This document shows positions 62,954 through 64,000 of a DNA stretch of 64,000 nt, in pieces. The notes under the pieces are model-generated. The model was not told the origin of the DNA, did not search any database, and was given only the letters and a program-made list of their open reading frames with translations. Made by a program: the position numbers and the translations under genes. This stretch comes from Vitrella brassicaformis CCMP3155 (lineage: Eukaryota; Protista; Chromerida). Numbering within the stretch: position 1 is the stretch's first letter; every line of letters starts with the position of its first letter. The stretch covers positions 20,036 through 84,035 of the forward strand of contig CDMY01000412.1 in NCBI GenBank assembly GCA_001179505.1, in the 5' to 3' direction.

Positions 62954-63546
62954 ATGGAGGGAGAGGTCTGCCCCGACAGCAATGCACAAACAGCCAACAT
63001 AATGATTGTGTGATGGCTGTGTCCGCAGGACGACATCTTCGAGGCCGTCGGGGCGGGCGAGTTGCTTGCTGTTACTAAGCTCATCGACAAGCACGGTGCG
63101 GGCCGATGAGCTGTATACGGATGGACTGAGCACGTATACGGATGGACGTACTCTGTGCGGGCCTGTACGTGTAGGTGTGGAGATACTGGACAGACGAGAC
63201 GAAGATTCATCTAGCAAGGTACGCAACCGAGAAGACGACGGAAATGCGCTCCCCTTTGTCTTCCATGCGCGCAGCCCACGCCCTTCATTGCAGCTGCGAC
63301 GAAAGGGCACGTTGCCATCATGAAGGTCATGTACGATCGTTACGGCCCGTCGATATTGCAGCAACGAGACATCGTACCGACACAGCCAAATACCCATTCA
63401 TGCCGCTGGTGATGATGAGATGTCCTGTGCTGTCATGGACTGCAGGGTGATCAGACTGCGCTGCACTGGGCTGCATGGGGAACGAAGCTTGCAGCTGTCA
63501 ATCAGCTGCTGGCGTGGGATCCCAAGCTGATCGACGCTGTCAGAAG
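62954..63546 (+). CDS. Ankyrin-repeat protein, apparently incomplete
   Basis: MEGE|DDIFEAVGAGELLAVTKLIDKHG|...|PTPFIAAATKGHVAIMKVMY...|GDQTALHWAAWGTKLAAVNQLL. I found no further exon or stop before the window end. Confidence 0.7.
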
Positions 63547-63887
63547 TGCAAGTCGGTCCAGGGTTTAGGGTCTAGGGTTCATAGACCGACGGTCCACTGA
63601 TCTGTGAGACAGGACGGCTGTTGAGTCTTTGTCCGTTCCATGAGACAGGCCATGGCGGACAGGACGTCAGACAGGATGGACTGACGCATACTACATGTCC
63701 TACGTGGACTCTCCACAAAATCCACAGACCTTACGTTGCATTGACTTAATCCTTTATCCGGGACTGACCGCCCGGCAGATCCTCTCTTCACCATTCTCCC
63801 CGACTCTCTCCCCCCTATTCTGACATGGGCGCAGCAATCTGGTTTGTCTTTTCCGCTTGATCGGCAGTTGGGCAGATCCTAACAGGT

Positions 63888-63980
63888 CTGTCTATCATCC
63901 GCCTGTCGGCAGTCTGTCTGTGCAGCAGCCTGTCTATCATCCGCCTGTCGGCAGTCTGTCTGTGCAGCAGCCTGTCTATC
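63888..63980. repeat. 42-bp tandem repeat (about 2.2 copies)
   Basis: The unit ctgtctatcatccgcctgtcggcagtctgtctgtgcagcagc occurs twice, with a partial third copy. Confidence 0.85.
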
Positions 63981-64000
63981 GTCTGTCTGTCGGCAGCTGA

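Noticed and set aside
1-64000. tRNA, rRNA or snRNA genes
   Set aside because: None recognised by eye. A covariance-model scan (tRNAscan-SE, Infernal/Rfam) would be needed to exclude small RNAs.

Overview
Eukaryotic, intron-dense, GC-rich genomic DNA with one N gap (about 24837-25135). The microsatellite-filled introns and bipartite plastid-targeting leaders suggest a chromerid alveolate, most like Vitrella brassicaformis; this is inference and was not checked by search. I assembled about 21 spliced genes by eye, so exon borders are approximate. They include strawberry notch, a bS21-like plastid protein, syntaxin-16, an ATG11/FIP200-like protein, two ankyrin proteins, a MORN protein, two coiled-coil proteins, GID8, an RRM protein, a DLT1/DUF4129-like protein, a Hop1/HORMAD-like protein and a SERAC1-like hydrolase. 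The main finding is a 7.4 kb minus-strand gene (34875 to 27453) that splices in frame into an SRA-YDG domain, a degenerate pre-SET/SET domain, two copies of an unknown domain, a UIM, a coiled coil and a RING finger. It looks like a SUVH reader fused to a UHRF1-like E3 tail. Other notable items: a secreted RxL-repeat polyprotein starting 9 bp from that gene; a cL38/PSRP6-like plastid protein with a long extension; a HORMA gene lacking most of its core, flanked by direct repeats; a tandem family with a possible ubiquitin-like domain; a truncated non-LTR retroelement with a 15-bp TSD; and introns with complementary (CA)n...(TG)n ends.
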